Source of the DNA: Eledone cirrhosa
Lineage: Eukaryota
DNA length: 64,000 nucleotides
NCBI GenBank assembly: GCA_964016885.1
Contig: OZ024742.1
Coordinates: forward strand, 332,134,001-332,198,000
Direction of reading: 5' to 3'
Part shown: positions 49,371-61,995 of the stretch, piece by piece
Numbering within the stretch: the first letter of the stretch is position 1
Layout of the letters: each line of letters opens with the position of its first letter
The notes under the pieces: generated by a model
What the model saw: only the letters and a program-made list of their open reading frames with translations
What the model was told of the DNA's origin: nothing
Database searches by the model: none
Position numbers and translations under genes: made by a program

Positions 49371-49637
49371 ACAAGGGTCCCAAACTTGCGCTCACAGTCC
49401 CCAGGAAGTTTGCAAAGGTATTGCCAGATTAGCTAAATTCAAAATATCAATACTTTGTCAAAAACATATACACACGGTTTTATATGTTTCTACTTATCTA
49501 ATTATAAACATGCATATTTTTCGAATTTTATTCTCGGCGTATTATCATTGTGGGGGGAGAGTAATTTTTGTGTATGCACGTGGAAAAGTTCATACAATTA
49601 AAACTTGTTATTGTTGTGAAAGGTTTCTGAACCACTG
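49371..49637. mobile_element. Possible decayed hAT-type MITE
   Basis: Ends caagggtcccaaact / aggtttctgaaccactg resemble CAGGGGTTCCCAAAC-type TIRs. Confidence 0.35.
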
Positions 49638-51027
49638 GGCTGGACTGTGCCACTCCCGACTATAAACATGCCTTGGTTGATTTGACCGATACACCTTATC
49701 AACAACTACGAAACTATTGAAGGAAATTTGAACTCCTGACACACCAGAAAGTAGTAATTGTTGAAATTATGTCTGTTTCATTGAGACGCATAACTGGGAG
49801 AGCTAGCCGGGGCGCTAAATATACAAACATCGGCCTTTTGACCTGCCTGTAATATTGGGATGATTAACATTCAGATTAGCGGAGGAAATGTTATGTTCTG
49901 ATCAGAAAGCATATATTTGTTATTGTGATATTCAATTTATGTTTGTATAATTTTCTTGACAACAATACGTGTAGCATATTTCTATCACTACTAAAATATA
50001 TACAAAAAAAATTGACATTGACTTTAGAACCAAAAAGTACTTCAGCTTTGATTAGTTGGTTTTATTGAAAGCATAGAAGTCTTTATAGATCCCCTCTCCT
50101 TCAAAATCTCTTTATCTCCGCACTAAAGTACTATTTCAATGTAAACACGAGTACTGAAATAGAACAATTTATTATGCTAATTGTTTTTTTATAATTTTAT
50201 ATTTTCTTTCATGATGTTTTTACAAAAGAACCTAAAATAATTCCGAAAATGCAAAGATCAATAAGAAAAAAAAATACAACTAATACAGTATATTTTCTCT
50301 ACAGCATATGCACTCAGTAGTGAACAGACCAGGTGCAAGGAGGGCATAAATTGGTAAAAATCAATACACATTGAGTATGAGTATGACTATATCATACACG
50401 TAAATTAGTAGGTGAAATGTCATGTGATCAGAAAGTGGAACCTACCGTAGTTATTATAAAGTCAGAGCGATTTTGTTATTATATATATTCATTCATTTAT
50501 ATATATATATATGTTTGTATTATTGGTTTCAAATATTTGAATGCGACCATTCTGTAGCACTATCTTAAAAGGATTTTGGTGATTATATCGACTCAAAATA
50601 TATAATATATAGATGTATTTTGTCGGACAGGATAAATAAACGCACACATACACTATATATGTGTGTATATGTGTGTGTGCATGTGTATTCATATGTGTGT
50701 GTGTGTGCTTATTTGGAGAAAGACATACACACATATACATAAATATATACACTCACTCATACGAAAACAAACACACAAAAATACACAAGAAAAACCCACA
50801 TTTAGCCACACACGCGTACACACATAAAACACCAAATAATTTACACGTAAACACACACACACACACTCATACAAGCAGAAGCAATAATGCACAAACACAT
50901 GACACACATAGACCTTCCACCTCGGCTCCAATTCCCGAATGCCTGACCACTCGCTAGCCCAAACCCAACCTTCTTAAAATGTTCAAAACAGTCATGTGCC
51001 AACCTGTTTTGTCTCTCTCGAAACTCT

Positions 51028-51075
51028 CATTTTCTGACGAAGGACGTCCGTCGAATGAGCCGAAACCTGCTCTAC
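51028..51075 (+). ncRNA. Degenerate HHR-like core in a PLE-type remnant
   Basis: CTGACGA-AGG..CC-GAAAC; stems I and III are not convincing. Confidence 0.35.
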
Positions 51076-53074
51076 TTCATATTAAGCGTGATTGTAATAA
51101 GACTATTTTTGCATCCCTGTATTTATGTTATTTCTAAAACAATAATTGACCAAAGTAGATGATCAGCGGCCTTAATAGAGAGTGCTGAAGTGATATTGGC
51201 TCGAAAGCCTTTAAATTCTAACCACTTCTGCTACCTGAGAGCGATAACAGGAATTATTAGTGCCGTTGGTTATATCAGAAAATGTCTACGTGCCTATCAC
51301 AACATGTTAGGATTTTCAGTAAAAAGAGTGACCAGTTAATATATCTTTTACATATACAATATGTAAGCAGAACAGTAAAAATATCCGAGACATTCTAATG
51401 ATTAAAATGTAACATTTATCGTTTTCATGTCCAAATTCAAGTGCAGGATTTCAGTTTTTAGTCAAACACCAGCTCTATTCTTATAGAAAGAATTTAAATA
51501 ATTAAAAAAAACACAGAGAAACATACATTCATACATACACATTAATTTCATATTCAACTATGGTGTGTTTTCTTTAACAGTTTCCGGAATAATAAAGAAA
51601 ATGTACAAGGTGAAAAAGGAAGGCTACATCCTTGGAACTAGCAATGGATACGATGTGTTTATCCTCAAAAGACTAGCATGCCAAGACGATTAGAATGACT
51701 TCAAGCGAACACCACAGTTGTTTGGATAATTATTCACCATACCAACTGTTTAGTGATCTATCTACAAATTATGGTCAGTTAGTCTGTCAGCCAGACAACT
51801 GGCCCATCAACTCTTCCTTGTATTTATACAATTGCTGGGTTTGTTTTGTTATTTTGTTATCTTTCTTTCTCTCCCTACTCCCTATGTTTATGTACATTAT
51901 AAATATATATATATATATATATTTGTGTGTGTGTGTGTCTGTGTCTGTGTGTGTATACGCACACATTATTAACGGTATATTACGATGGAAGCGACTACCC
52001 CAAAATACGCTAGAACAGAAATATAAATATAGAAATTATAAGCAAGAAAAACACCAACATTATGAATATAATTATCCTTGGTATTGTATAGAACACACAT
52101 CTGATCTGTGCGTTCGACATAGATAGAAGTTATAGGGAAGGGGCGCAGTTACTAGGAGCAGAACGCGACATTCCGTGTGTGCAAAAAGACTCCAGAGACC
52201 GGATTAACGAATTAGTTTAGCGGCCGTTAACGAGGAAAGGAATCATGAAAAACCTATAGTGGGGCGCTTTGATGGGTGTGATTAGAGGAGAATCTGTGGC
52301 ATTTAACAAAGAAATAGGAATAAAGAGAAATAAATGTGTGTGTAAATAACGAAAAGAAAGAACAAAATCCGTTATAAAAGACATTGCAAGAGACACTCAA
52401 TCTCTGGGAGGGAGCCAACCCTTTTCTTAACATGAAAGACAAAAGTGGCGTTCTCATGACTATGGTGCGTTGTCTTAGAACCTTTCAATATTCAGTCGCA
52501 TATATCCAGTGGTTAGATTAATTGGCTACCCGGCACAAGCTCTATCCGCCAATAGTGTATTCTCACATCTCCTTTGTATATGCCGATGCTTAAGTCACAA
52601 ATGTTCAAATAAGAGGAGTTTGTATGTATCTTTGTCAGCAAAGACAACGGACAGTCGAGGTGGAATACACGACAATATTGCGATGATTTCGAACACCGTG
52701 GAATCAAGGTGGTTAGCGCCTTTCAAAATGTACCTGCTTATTAAGGAGCAAAAATTATTTAGGTTTTGTCGGTGGGACTCCAGTTCAGTTCCCGATCGGT
52801 TAAGCTGCTTCTGGTTGGAACTGCAACGGTACGTACAAGCATGCTGATAAGAATAACCAGGAAAATGGTTGAGCAAAAGCTATTCCCTAATTGTGTAACA
52901 GATGTGATGATCATCTATATTACCTCCGACACCATACAATCCTGTATACAACACACAGCCTTAATTATATCATTAACCTCTTCTATGCTATTCAGTACTC
53001 CTACTTACTTTCATCAACAATAAACTTATATGTATGTAAATATATATCTATGTAAATATATATATATATATATA

Positions 53075-53454
53075 CGTCTGTTTAATGGTAGCTATGGTGC
53101 TTCCATATGCGGTATGCCAGTTGAGCACTCTATTTTCTTACAGAGCAGAGCGTGATATAATATTAAAAAAACGAAAAATCAGTGATGCATCTAGACTCAG
53201 TTTATTGCGTGTTACAATTGTTTCGCCGGCAGATAGCTCGAGACATGATCATTGTATGGATCTGCCTGATTCTATAACAGCGGGTTCTTCGGACAAATTC
53301 GGTCCGAAATCATTGCATGTGTCCGAAGAACCCGCTGTTATAGAATCCGACAGATCCATACAATGATCATGTCTCGAGCTATCTGCCGGCGAAACAATTG
53401 TAACACGCAATAAACTGAGTCTAGATGCATCACTGATTTTTCGTTTTTTTATAT

Positions 53455-53458
<4 letters not shown>
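53075..53458. mobile_element. Palindromic insertion (arms 53157-53295 and 53319-53458; tail 53075-53156) with a long-stem-II HHR variant
   Basis: GTGT-CCGAAGA-(61 nt)-GAAA-CAATTG-TA-ACAC at 53319-53406; the arms are nearly identical. Confidence 0.85.
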
Positions 53459-53549
<91 letters not shown>

Positions 53550-53824
53550 GTGTCTGTGCGTGCGTGTGTGTGTGTGTATGTTTTTTAGACGAGAAATGCT
53601 TAATAATTAAGTTAGATTGTGTAATTTTTCTATTAGAAACTGATGCTTCTTAAAATGGTTCAATGATTTTTTTCATTATCGATACTTTAGACGATTAAAT
53701 TAGATATCACCGTAAAAATATCTAAGCAAATATATTCTCGAAAACATTTAAATACGATTAGACAGCAATATTTCTAGATTTAATTCTTGAAAAAATAGCG
53801 TAAGTAAAAGGTACAAATACTCCT

Positions 53825-54076
53825 CTAAAGGAGTTGGCGTTTCTTCCCTTGAAATACCAGGTTTGTCAGTTCCAGGAATTGATATATTGTAATTTTGTCA
53901 CCATCATACTTGAATATTGTAAGGTATTAAAGCAATATACGCTAACAAATAACTTTATTATTTTGGGAGGAATTAATCGTGGTATACACAATGCTCACTA
54001 TTCTTTCCCACTTTGCAGTTCTCCCATCATCAACATTCCTTCCCAAAAGTGATGTCAACATTTCTATTAAGGCCAT
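53825..54076 (-). CDS. Candidate last two exons of a host gene (53999-54076 and 53825-53908); EF-hand-like peptide
   Basis: ctttcag|MALIEMLTSLLGRNVDDGRTAKWERI|gtgag, 90-nt intron ending aag, then YDGDKITIYQFLELTNLVFQGKKRQLL*; phases are compatible. Confidence 0.35.
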
Positions 54077-54242
54077 CTGAAAGCAGATCTCTTCCTGCAA
54101 ATCATATCTTTTATAAAAATTGTTATAGAATTATGCCAGAGTTCTTTTGATAGTTCAGATATAGGTGTGCATGTTTATATTTTCTTAGTGATTTGTCTGT
54201 GTGTAAGCCATATAACAGAGTTTACTTGCCTGTGTATGTGCG

Positions 54243-54278
<36 letters not shown>

Positions 54279-54823
54279 CATATGTGTATATATATATTGT
54301 ACTGTAGGACGGAGGTCTGCTTGCACGCTATTCTCACTCTTACTGTGTTTCGGTGTGTGAATGTGTGTATGAGTGTGTCTCTGTGTGTCTGTGTAAGACT
54401 TATAATATTGTTCAGTTGTACAAACACCAAAGTCTTGACTGAACACCAAACATTGGATGTCATGTAAATTGTGTTGACAGTTAGTTGAACACATTCCATA
54501 ATGTCACCTGATTGCTAACTTCTGCTATAGAAACACATGTGTATATATACTAACTTTTGTTTATCTAACGTGTGTGTGTTACTACACACTCACACACACA
54601 CACGCACATTCACACATGCACACACACACAGACGCACACACACACACAAACACACACACATACCCACACATATAGACATACATACATATATATATACATA
54701 TATCTACACATATACATATACGCATATATATATGCAGACATATACGTGTTTGTCTGCATGTTTGTCTTCTTCATGTTTGTATACGAATATATATATGTAT
54801 ATATATATATACACATATGAATG

Positions 54824-54886
<63 letters not shown>

Positions 54887-54937
54887 CATATGAATGTATT
54901 TTATGTATATATATATATACATACATACATATGAATG

Positions 54938-54977
<40 letters not shown>

Positions 54978-55210
54978 CATATCTAATAACTTCTACAGGA
55001 ATGTTTTGATGATTTCATACAAATTAAAATAGTTCTAGTCCTGTAGAAATCATTTATATATATAATAAACATGCCTATACATTACCAACGCATTGTATAC
55101 CTTCTTTAACTGTAACCTGTATATATATATATATATATATATAAATATATGTATACGTTTATCCCGGGTTCAATCGGGGGTTAACAACAGCCAATACATA
55201 CATAGCTAAT

Positions 55211-55244
<34 letters not shown>

Positions 55245-55298
55245 GAAAGAGTGAAGAATAACATGGTCAACAGTACAAAAAATGGTTTTATTTATATA

Positions 55299-55379
<81 letters not shown>

Positions 55380-56455
55380 ATATGTATGTATGTATATAGT
55401 GTGTATGTGTGGTCCTAATGGCGAGACGGCGCACATATCTATATTCCATGTTATAAGATTTCTCTACATATGTTACGTACATAGTGCAGGGAAGAATCAT
55501 CTGCCATTCTAGACCTGGAGCTCTGTCAGTTTTCCTCTGCAACTGTGCATCTACTGATAATGGATACTCTCATATCTCTATTAAAATATTAACTACAGCC
55601 ACAATTAGAGAGTGATTGTTTTCTGGACCTGTAGATGGAGTGCATCTTAGCTCAGTGTTTGTGATTCATGAGGTTACTGATGCTATATCTGTACTCACGT
55701 ATCTCAAATAATAGTGGAGATTAGAATAAGCGGAAGGGATGGAACAAGCGATGGCAATGGAAAATCGATAATGTTTCCAGATTTTCTCCATTGATTTAAA
55801 AAAAAAAAATTATAACGTATGGTAATTGTAATAATGTAATTTGTTGTCATATATAATGTTATTTAATATATCAAGAAAATTACATGTCGCAGAAATGCTG
55901 CCACTTAAAATAAAATTTAATTAAACGGAGCGTTGGAATAAGAGGATGGGAGATGGTGTTGGGAAAAATCTAAAAAAGCAAAAGGCGTGGAAAGGGACGA
56001 TATTCGAGACTCGAGAGTAGCCATTGTCATTTTTAGATTGGTTTGGATGGGATAGATATTGTTACTCAGACGTGTTTAAAATGTATTAACCTGGGTGTTT
56101 ACAAGTGGATTAGTTAATGTGAAGAGTGGTATTTTATACCTTATTGCTTAGTCTGATTGTAAAATTATGAGTTCGGTTTCCGATGGCGTGTTATTTTCTT
56201 ACTTTTTCTTGTGTATGGCAGTTTCTCCAGTCTATGAATATAGTTGTAGTTCAAAATTACTTGTAGTTCAAAATTATGTCTCGGGTTCGTTTTCACTTTG
56301 TGGTTTCTTAGGCAAGTATCATTTACCATAGCCCTATAGCGACCTATGTTCCGTGAGTAAAATTGCGTCGACGGAATATCTTTTGAAAGCCCCTCGAATC
56401 TACTGTATCGTCTCTATAAAATAGTATATATAACCGGAATATGGTAATGAAAGGG

Positions 56456-56860
56456 TTAAGTAATCATATTGATGGCCTCCACACAGCCCCGGTAGGTAGA
56501 CAGAATGGAGAAGGCGTTTCTCCGAAGGATGGTAAGGGAAATGCGCTGGAAGAGCCATTCCAACTCACAAGGCTCACACCTGCGGCTGGTCAGCTCAGCG
56601 CCTATGTTGGTAATTAGAGAGGTAGCCCTAGGGCCGAGGACACCCGAAGTCTCCACTGCCAAGGGTATGACCGCAAACCTGTCGGAGAGCGACCGGTATT
56701 TGGAGATTTTGGCCTCCTCAGCCCGATGTGCAGCAGCACCTGGGTTAGTCGCAACCAGCACCAGGTTGCAGCTGGAGAAAGTGTCGCTGCATGTGGCATC
56801 CCAGACGAGGGATTTGCCACCGCGGAACTGGAAGATGGTCATGCTGTCTGATCACACACT
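56456..56860 (-). mobile_element. CRE-clade non-LTR retrotransposon fragment (restriction-like endonuclease domain)
   Basis: GKSLVWDATCSDT...AEEAKISKY...IPLAVETSGVLG...LFQRISLTILRRNA. Confidence 0.85.
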
Positions 56861-57059
56861 GTCCCAAGCTGAATCAAACTGAGAATTGTGTTTACGGTAT
56901 ACGTGTCTATGGAATGCCCAATCACTTTCACCTTCATTGTATGAGAGCAGATTATGTTCCTTTGTCCAAACAACAAGAACAATCCCCATCAAAACGGACG
57001 GACGTTTCATTCTCGGTCTCTGCATCTCTCCCCCTCTCTCCCTTTCTCTCTCTCTCTCT

Positions 57060-57093
<34 letters not shown>

Positions 57094-57267
57094 GATCCCG
57101 TTAAGGGTGAAAGCAGCGATTCTTTGCTTAAACTTTAATCTGTTATTTTAATAAATATTTGTTCTACGGTTCTTATATATTTGATATATATTTATCCTTA
57201 TCGAGTCCTCTTTGGATTTTAGTCTTCACATTTATTTATATTACTATATATATATATATATAGTAAA

Positions 57268-57454
57268 TAATTGTTTCTACTTTTGGCACAAGGCCAGCAA
57301 TTATCCAGGACATTACTGGTACTTTATTTTATCGACGCGTAAGGATGAAAGGCAAAGTTAACCTCGGCGAGATTTGAACTCAGATTGGCAAAAGCCGTAA
57401 CTCTGTGCGGCAAAGCATGGCGTCTGACCCTCTACCGATACTGCCAATCCACCG
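57268..57454 (-). mobile_element. tRNA-derived SINE family 1
   Basis: Reverse complement of 59721-59910. Confidence 0.85.
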
Positions 57455-57727
57455 TAGTAAATAATGGTTCATTTTTGAAGTATTGATGAAACTTGGAAAT
57501 ACGTTCACTTTATAAATAACGACCTCAATACGGATAAACTGAAAATAAAATGGGTAAGATACCATTTGAGAACAGATTTCTTACATCAGCAAGAGTAATT
57601 TGACCGATTTAAGTGTCTATTATTTATTGTACATATACACTGTGATTATTTTTTGTAATAAGCAGTCCCACACCACAACGCTGACAAATGTGTGTGTGTT
57701 TATATATATATATATGTTTATATCTAC

Positions 57728-57810
<83 letters not shown>

Positions 57811-57863
57811 ATAAATATATATATGTATATATATATATATGTATACATACATACATTACATAC

Positions 57864-57912
<49 letters not shown>

Positions 57913-57965
57913 GTATGTATACATACATATGTATATATATGTATACATACATACATTACATATAA

Positions 57966-57996
<31 letters not shown>

Positions 57997-58619
57997 AATT
58001 TGTGTGTGTATGTGTATACTATTAACTGGAATAGAAATCTTTCTGGTAGTCTGATATACAGCGACGTTTATGACCACTTGTGACTTTTGTCACTGTAAGT
58101 CCAAAGACGGTCATAAATATGTTGTGCTGTTTTTATTCACCTTACCACAGACAGTGGTGAAAAAAAAATCTAAGGAAAACACATACTCTCAATTTCCAAT
58201 ATATACTTTACAAAAATAAAATGAAATACTTTTAAAGAGTGCTCGAATTCTTTAAACAAATATTTAAAAGACTTAAACAATTTACTGAGGTATTATCGTA
58301 ATAATTGTTTCTATTGTGGATAGATATATCGCAGTTATATATGGAAAGTTTCTTTCTGTCGATATCAGCTGCGTCTTTACAATGATTAGAAATATTCAGA
58401 AACAGGATAGTTCCACTAACGAAGGTAACACAGAGTTTTGGGTTACTTCATACAGCAAATTTCTCAAAACAGAGACAATATCTAGAGATAGAATATGTAT
58501 AATTATATGTATATTCTAACTAAACACACACGTGCATTTTCTTTATTTCCAATCTTTTTTTTCCTTTCTTCCACTTCTTACTCTTTCATATATTTGCCTT
58601 TCTTTATTTATTTCTCATT

Positions 58620-58660
58620 CTATCATCTGATGAAGAACTACCGTCCGAAACGTAAATACT
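58620..58660 (+). ncRNA. Degenerate minimal HHR (duplicate copy at ~60640-60680)
   Basis: CTGATGA-AGAAC tacc GTCC-GAAA-CG-TA; stem I is weak. Confidence 0.55.
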
Positions 58661-58794
58661 ATTTTCCTAATATATCAAGCATTAAAATAATATATACTTA
58701 CCTTTTACTGTATCGTATGGATTGTTGTTTTACGATTACGTATCACATATACACAAATATAGATGAAACACCCCCCTCGATACACACATATATA

Positions 58795-58984
58795 TAGGAA
58801 CATTTTTTACCCCGACGGCAGAGATCAAGCCGTTTCGACGGCTATTGCAGGAAATAGCCATCGAAACGGCTTGAGCTCTGCCGTCGGGGTCAATATATTA
58901 TCCTATTACTCACTCTATTACCCTAAGTATTGAGTACTCTGGTGCGTTGTGGTCCATCTGGTTCCTTACCACACCTCCTTCGTA
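58795..58984. mobile_element. Short palindrome (58795-58905) plus ~80-nt tail
   Basis: ccccgacggcagagatcaagccgtttcga / tcgaaacggcttgagctctgccgtcgggg; same family as 61750. Confidence 0.85.
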
Positions 58985-58991
58985 ATATATA

Positions 58992-59020
<29 letters not shown>

Positions 59021-59028
<8 letters not shown>

Positions 59029-59262
59029 TTAGTAGCTTTCACCGTCTTTTTTGATTAAAGAAATTTTACCCTGATAGTGGGGATTAGAACCCTCAGAAAA
59101 ATGGAAAAAGATGAGTATTTACGTCAATACCCATCTTTTTACATTTCTCTGAGGGTTCTAAACCCCACTATCAGGCTAAAATTTCTTTAGTTAAAAAAAA
59201 TACGGTGAAAGCTTATTTTTTTCTAATTTCGAACTTGCTCGCTGTTTCAAAACATACTTACT
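59021..59262. mobile_element. Palindrome of the tRNA-SINE body (head truncated) plus 35-nt tail; duplicate at 60788-61029
   Basis: Homologous to 12902-13285; centre ~59122. Confidence 0.85.
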
Positions 59263-59470
59263 ATATATATATATATATATATATATAACTTAATAAAAAT
59301 AATGAATAAAAACAAAGAAACAGCTCCTTATATTAAAAAATTCATCATTTTACGATCGTTTCTAGGATATATATGTGTGTGTTGGTATGTATATCATATA
59401 GATCTATGTAAAATTTTTACAAACTATCAGAGGGGATATACATACCTACACATATATATGCTGTCTTCAG

Positions 59471-59526
<56 letters not shown>

Positions 59527-59527
59527 C

Positions 59528-59576
<49 letters not shown>

Positions 59577-59591
59577 GTATATTTATATGTA

Positions 59592-59635
<44 letters not shown>

Positions 59636-59720
59636 CACACACACAATAAATATATATATGTATATATATATGTATACATACATACATACATAACATACAT
59701 TATATATATATATATATATA

Positions 59721-59910
59721 AGGGCGGTGAATTGGCAGTATCGGTAGAGGGTTGGACGCCATGTTTTCTAGCATAGTTACGTCCCTTTTCGGTCTGAGTT
59801 CAAATCCCGCCGAGGTTAACTTTGCCTTTCATCCTTAAGGGGTCGATAAAATAAAGTACCAGTAATGTACTGGGTAATTGCTGGCCTTGTGCCTAAAGTA
59901 GAAACAATTA
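59721..59910 (+). mobile_element. tRNA-derived SINE family 1, full length, inserted in (TA)n
   Basis: A box tggcagtatcgg, B box gagttcaaatccc, central ctttgcctttcatcc..ggggtcgataaa. Confidence 0.88.
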
Positions 59911-60739
59911 TATATATATATATATATATTTATATATGTATGTATACATACATATGTATATATATGTATGCATACATATATATATATTTATATGTAATGT
60001 ATGTGTGTGTGTGTGTGTATTTGTGTGTGTATGTGTATACTCTTAACTGGAATAGAAATGTTTCTGGTAGTCTGATATACAGAGACGTTTATGACCACTT
60101 GTGACTTTTGTCACTGTAAGTCCAAAGGCGGTCATAAATATGTTGTGCTGTTTTTATTCACCTTACCACAGACAGTGGTAAAAAAAAATCTAAGGAAAAC
60201 AGATACTCTCAATTTCCTATATATACTATACAAAAATAAAATGAAATACTTTTAAAGAGTGCTCGAATTCTTTAAACAAATATTTAAAAGACTTTAAAAT
60301 GTACTGAGGTATTATCGTAATAATTGTTTCTATTGTGGATCGATATATCGCAGTTATATATGGAAAGTTTCTTTCTGTCGATATCAGCTGCGTCTTTACA
60401 ATGATTAGACATATTCAGAGACAGGCTATTTCCACTAACGAAGGTAACACAGAGTCTTGGGTTACTTCATACAGCAAATTTCTCAAAACAGAGACAATAT
60501 CTAGAGATAGAATATGTATAATTATATGTATATTCTTACTAAACACACACGTGCATTTTCTTTATTTCCAATCTTTTTTTCCCTTTCTTCCACTTCTTAC
60601 TCTTTCATATCTTTGTCTTTCTTTATTTATTTCTCATTCTATCACCTGATGAAGAACTACCGTCCGAAACGTAAATACTATTTTTCTAATATATCAAGCA
60701 TTAAAATAATATATACTTACATTTTACTGTATCGTATGG

Positions 60740-60795
<56 letters not shown>

Positions 60796-61171
60796 TTAGA
60801 AGCTTTCATCGTATTTTTTTTACTAAAGAAATGTCAACCTGATAGTGGTGATTAGAACCCTCAGAAAAATGGAAAAAGATGAGTATTTACGTCAATACTC
60901 ATATTTTTACATTTCTCTGAGGGTTCTAAACCCCACTATCAGGCTAAAATTTATTTACTAAAAAAATACGGTGAAAGCTTATTTGTTTCTAATTTCGAAC
61001 TTGCTCGCTGTTTAAAAACATACTTACTATATATATATATATAAATTAATAAAAATAATTATATATTCTATAGATCTATGTACAATATTTATACAAACTA
61101 TCAGAGGGAATATACATACCTACACATATATATGCTGTCTTCAGAAATATATATATATATATATATATATA

Positions 61172-61701
61172 TAAGTTTTACTATAGAAGAGTTTCTACAG
61201 GACTAGAACTGTTTCATTCTTGAAAAATCATCAGGAAGCTGTCTGTCCAAGTAAATGTTTGTATTTATGTCTTTCCTTACCTTCTAAAGAATTTCCCTTT
61301 TCTTTAAACCAGTGAACCTCACCCATCCTGTAGACACCTGTCTTACAGGCATTGTTACTTTAAGTGATAAACAAGAATTGATATTCCAATTGTAAACTTC
61401 TTTACAGTATTCTTTCTGCCTTTGTTAATATTATAGCTTTAAAGAATTAGCTTTTAATGAATCACCTTTCTTTAAATCCTTCAGCCAATGACCTACACCC
61501 ATCCCAATCCCCACCCTTCCCTACCACCAGATAAGGAAAGACATAAATACTACCATTTACTTCAGCCAGCTTCCTGATGATTTCTCACGAATGAAACAGT
61601 TCTAGTCGTGTAGAAGCTCTTCTATATTAAAACATTTATACTATGCTATGTATTGAGTACCTTACTTACTGTGGTTATCTCCGATTCAACCCGGAATAAC
61701 T

Positions 61702-61703
<2 letters not shown>
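61172..61703. mobile_element. Inverted PLE pLTR pair plus tail, with an HHR at 61569-61618; decayed relative at ~54990-55195
   Basis: AGCTTC-CTGATGA-TTTC tcac GAAT-GAAAC..GTC..GAAGCT on the right arm; its reverse complement lies at 61185-61240. Confidence 0.8.
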
Positions 61704-61749
<46 letters not shown>

Positions 61750-61753
<4 letters not shown>

Positions 61754-61935
61754 AAAAAGTATGACCCCGACGGCAGAGCTCAAGCCGTTTCGACGGCTAT
61801 TTCTGAAATAGCGGTCGAAACTGCTTGAGCTCTGCCGTCGGGGTCATACTTTTTCCTATTTCCCACTCAACTACCCTAAGTATTGAGTACTCTGGTGCGT
61901 TATGGTCCATCTGGTTCCTTACCACAATTCCTTTG

Positions 61936-61937
<2 letters not shown>
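61750..61937. mobile_element. Short palindrome (61750-61858) plus ~80-nt tail, between (TA)n tracts
   Basis: taggaaaaagtatgaccccgacgg...ccgtcggggtcatactttttccta; the tail is nearly identical to 58906-58984. Confidence 0.9.

Positions 61938-61995
<58 letters not shown>

Larger units (their letters stand above)
57712..61150. repeat. Local tandem duplication (~57712-59480 vs ~59515-61150)
   Basis: 58020-58720 matches 60040-60740 and 59021-59475 matches 60788-61150, with scattered substitutions. Confidence 0.9.

Noticed and set aside
52090-53020. Possible solo LTR or decayed coding element
   Set aside because: No TG..CA boundaries, TSD or protein motif could be established.
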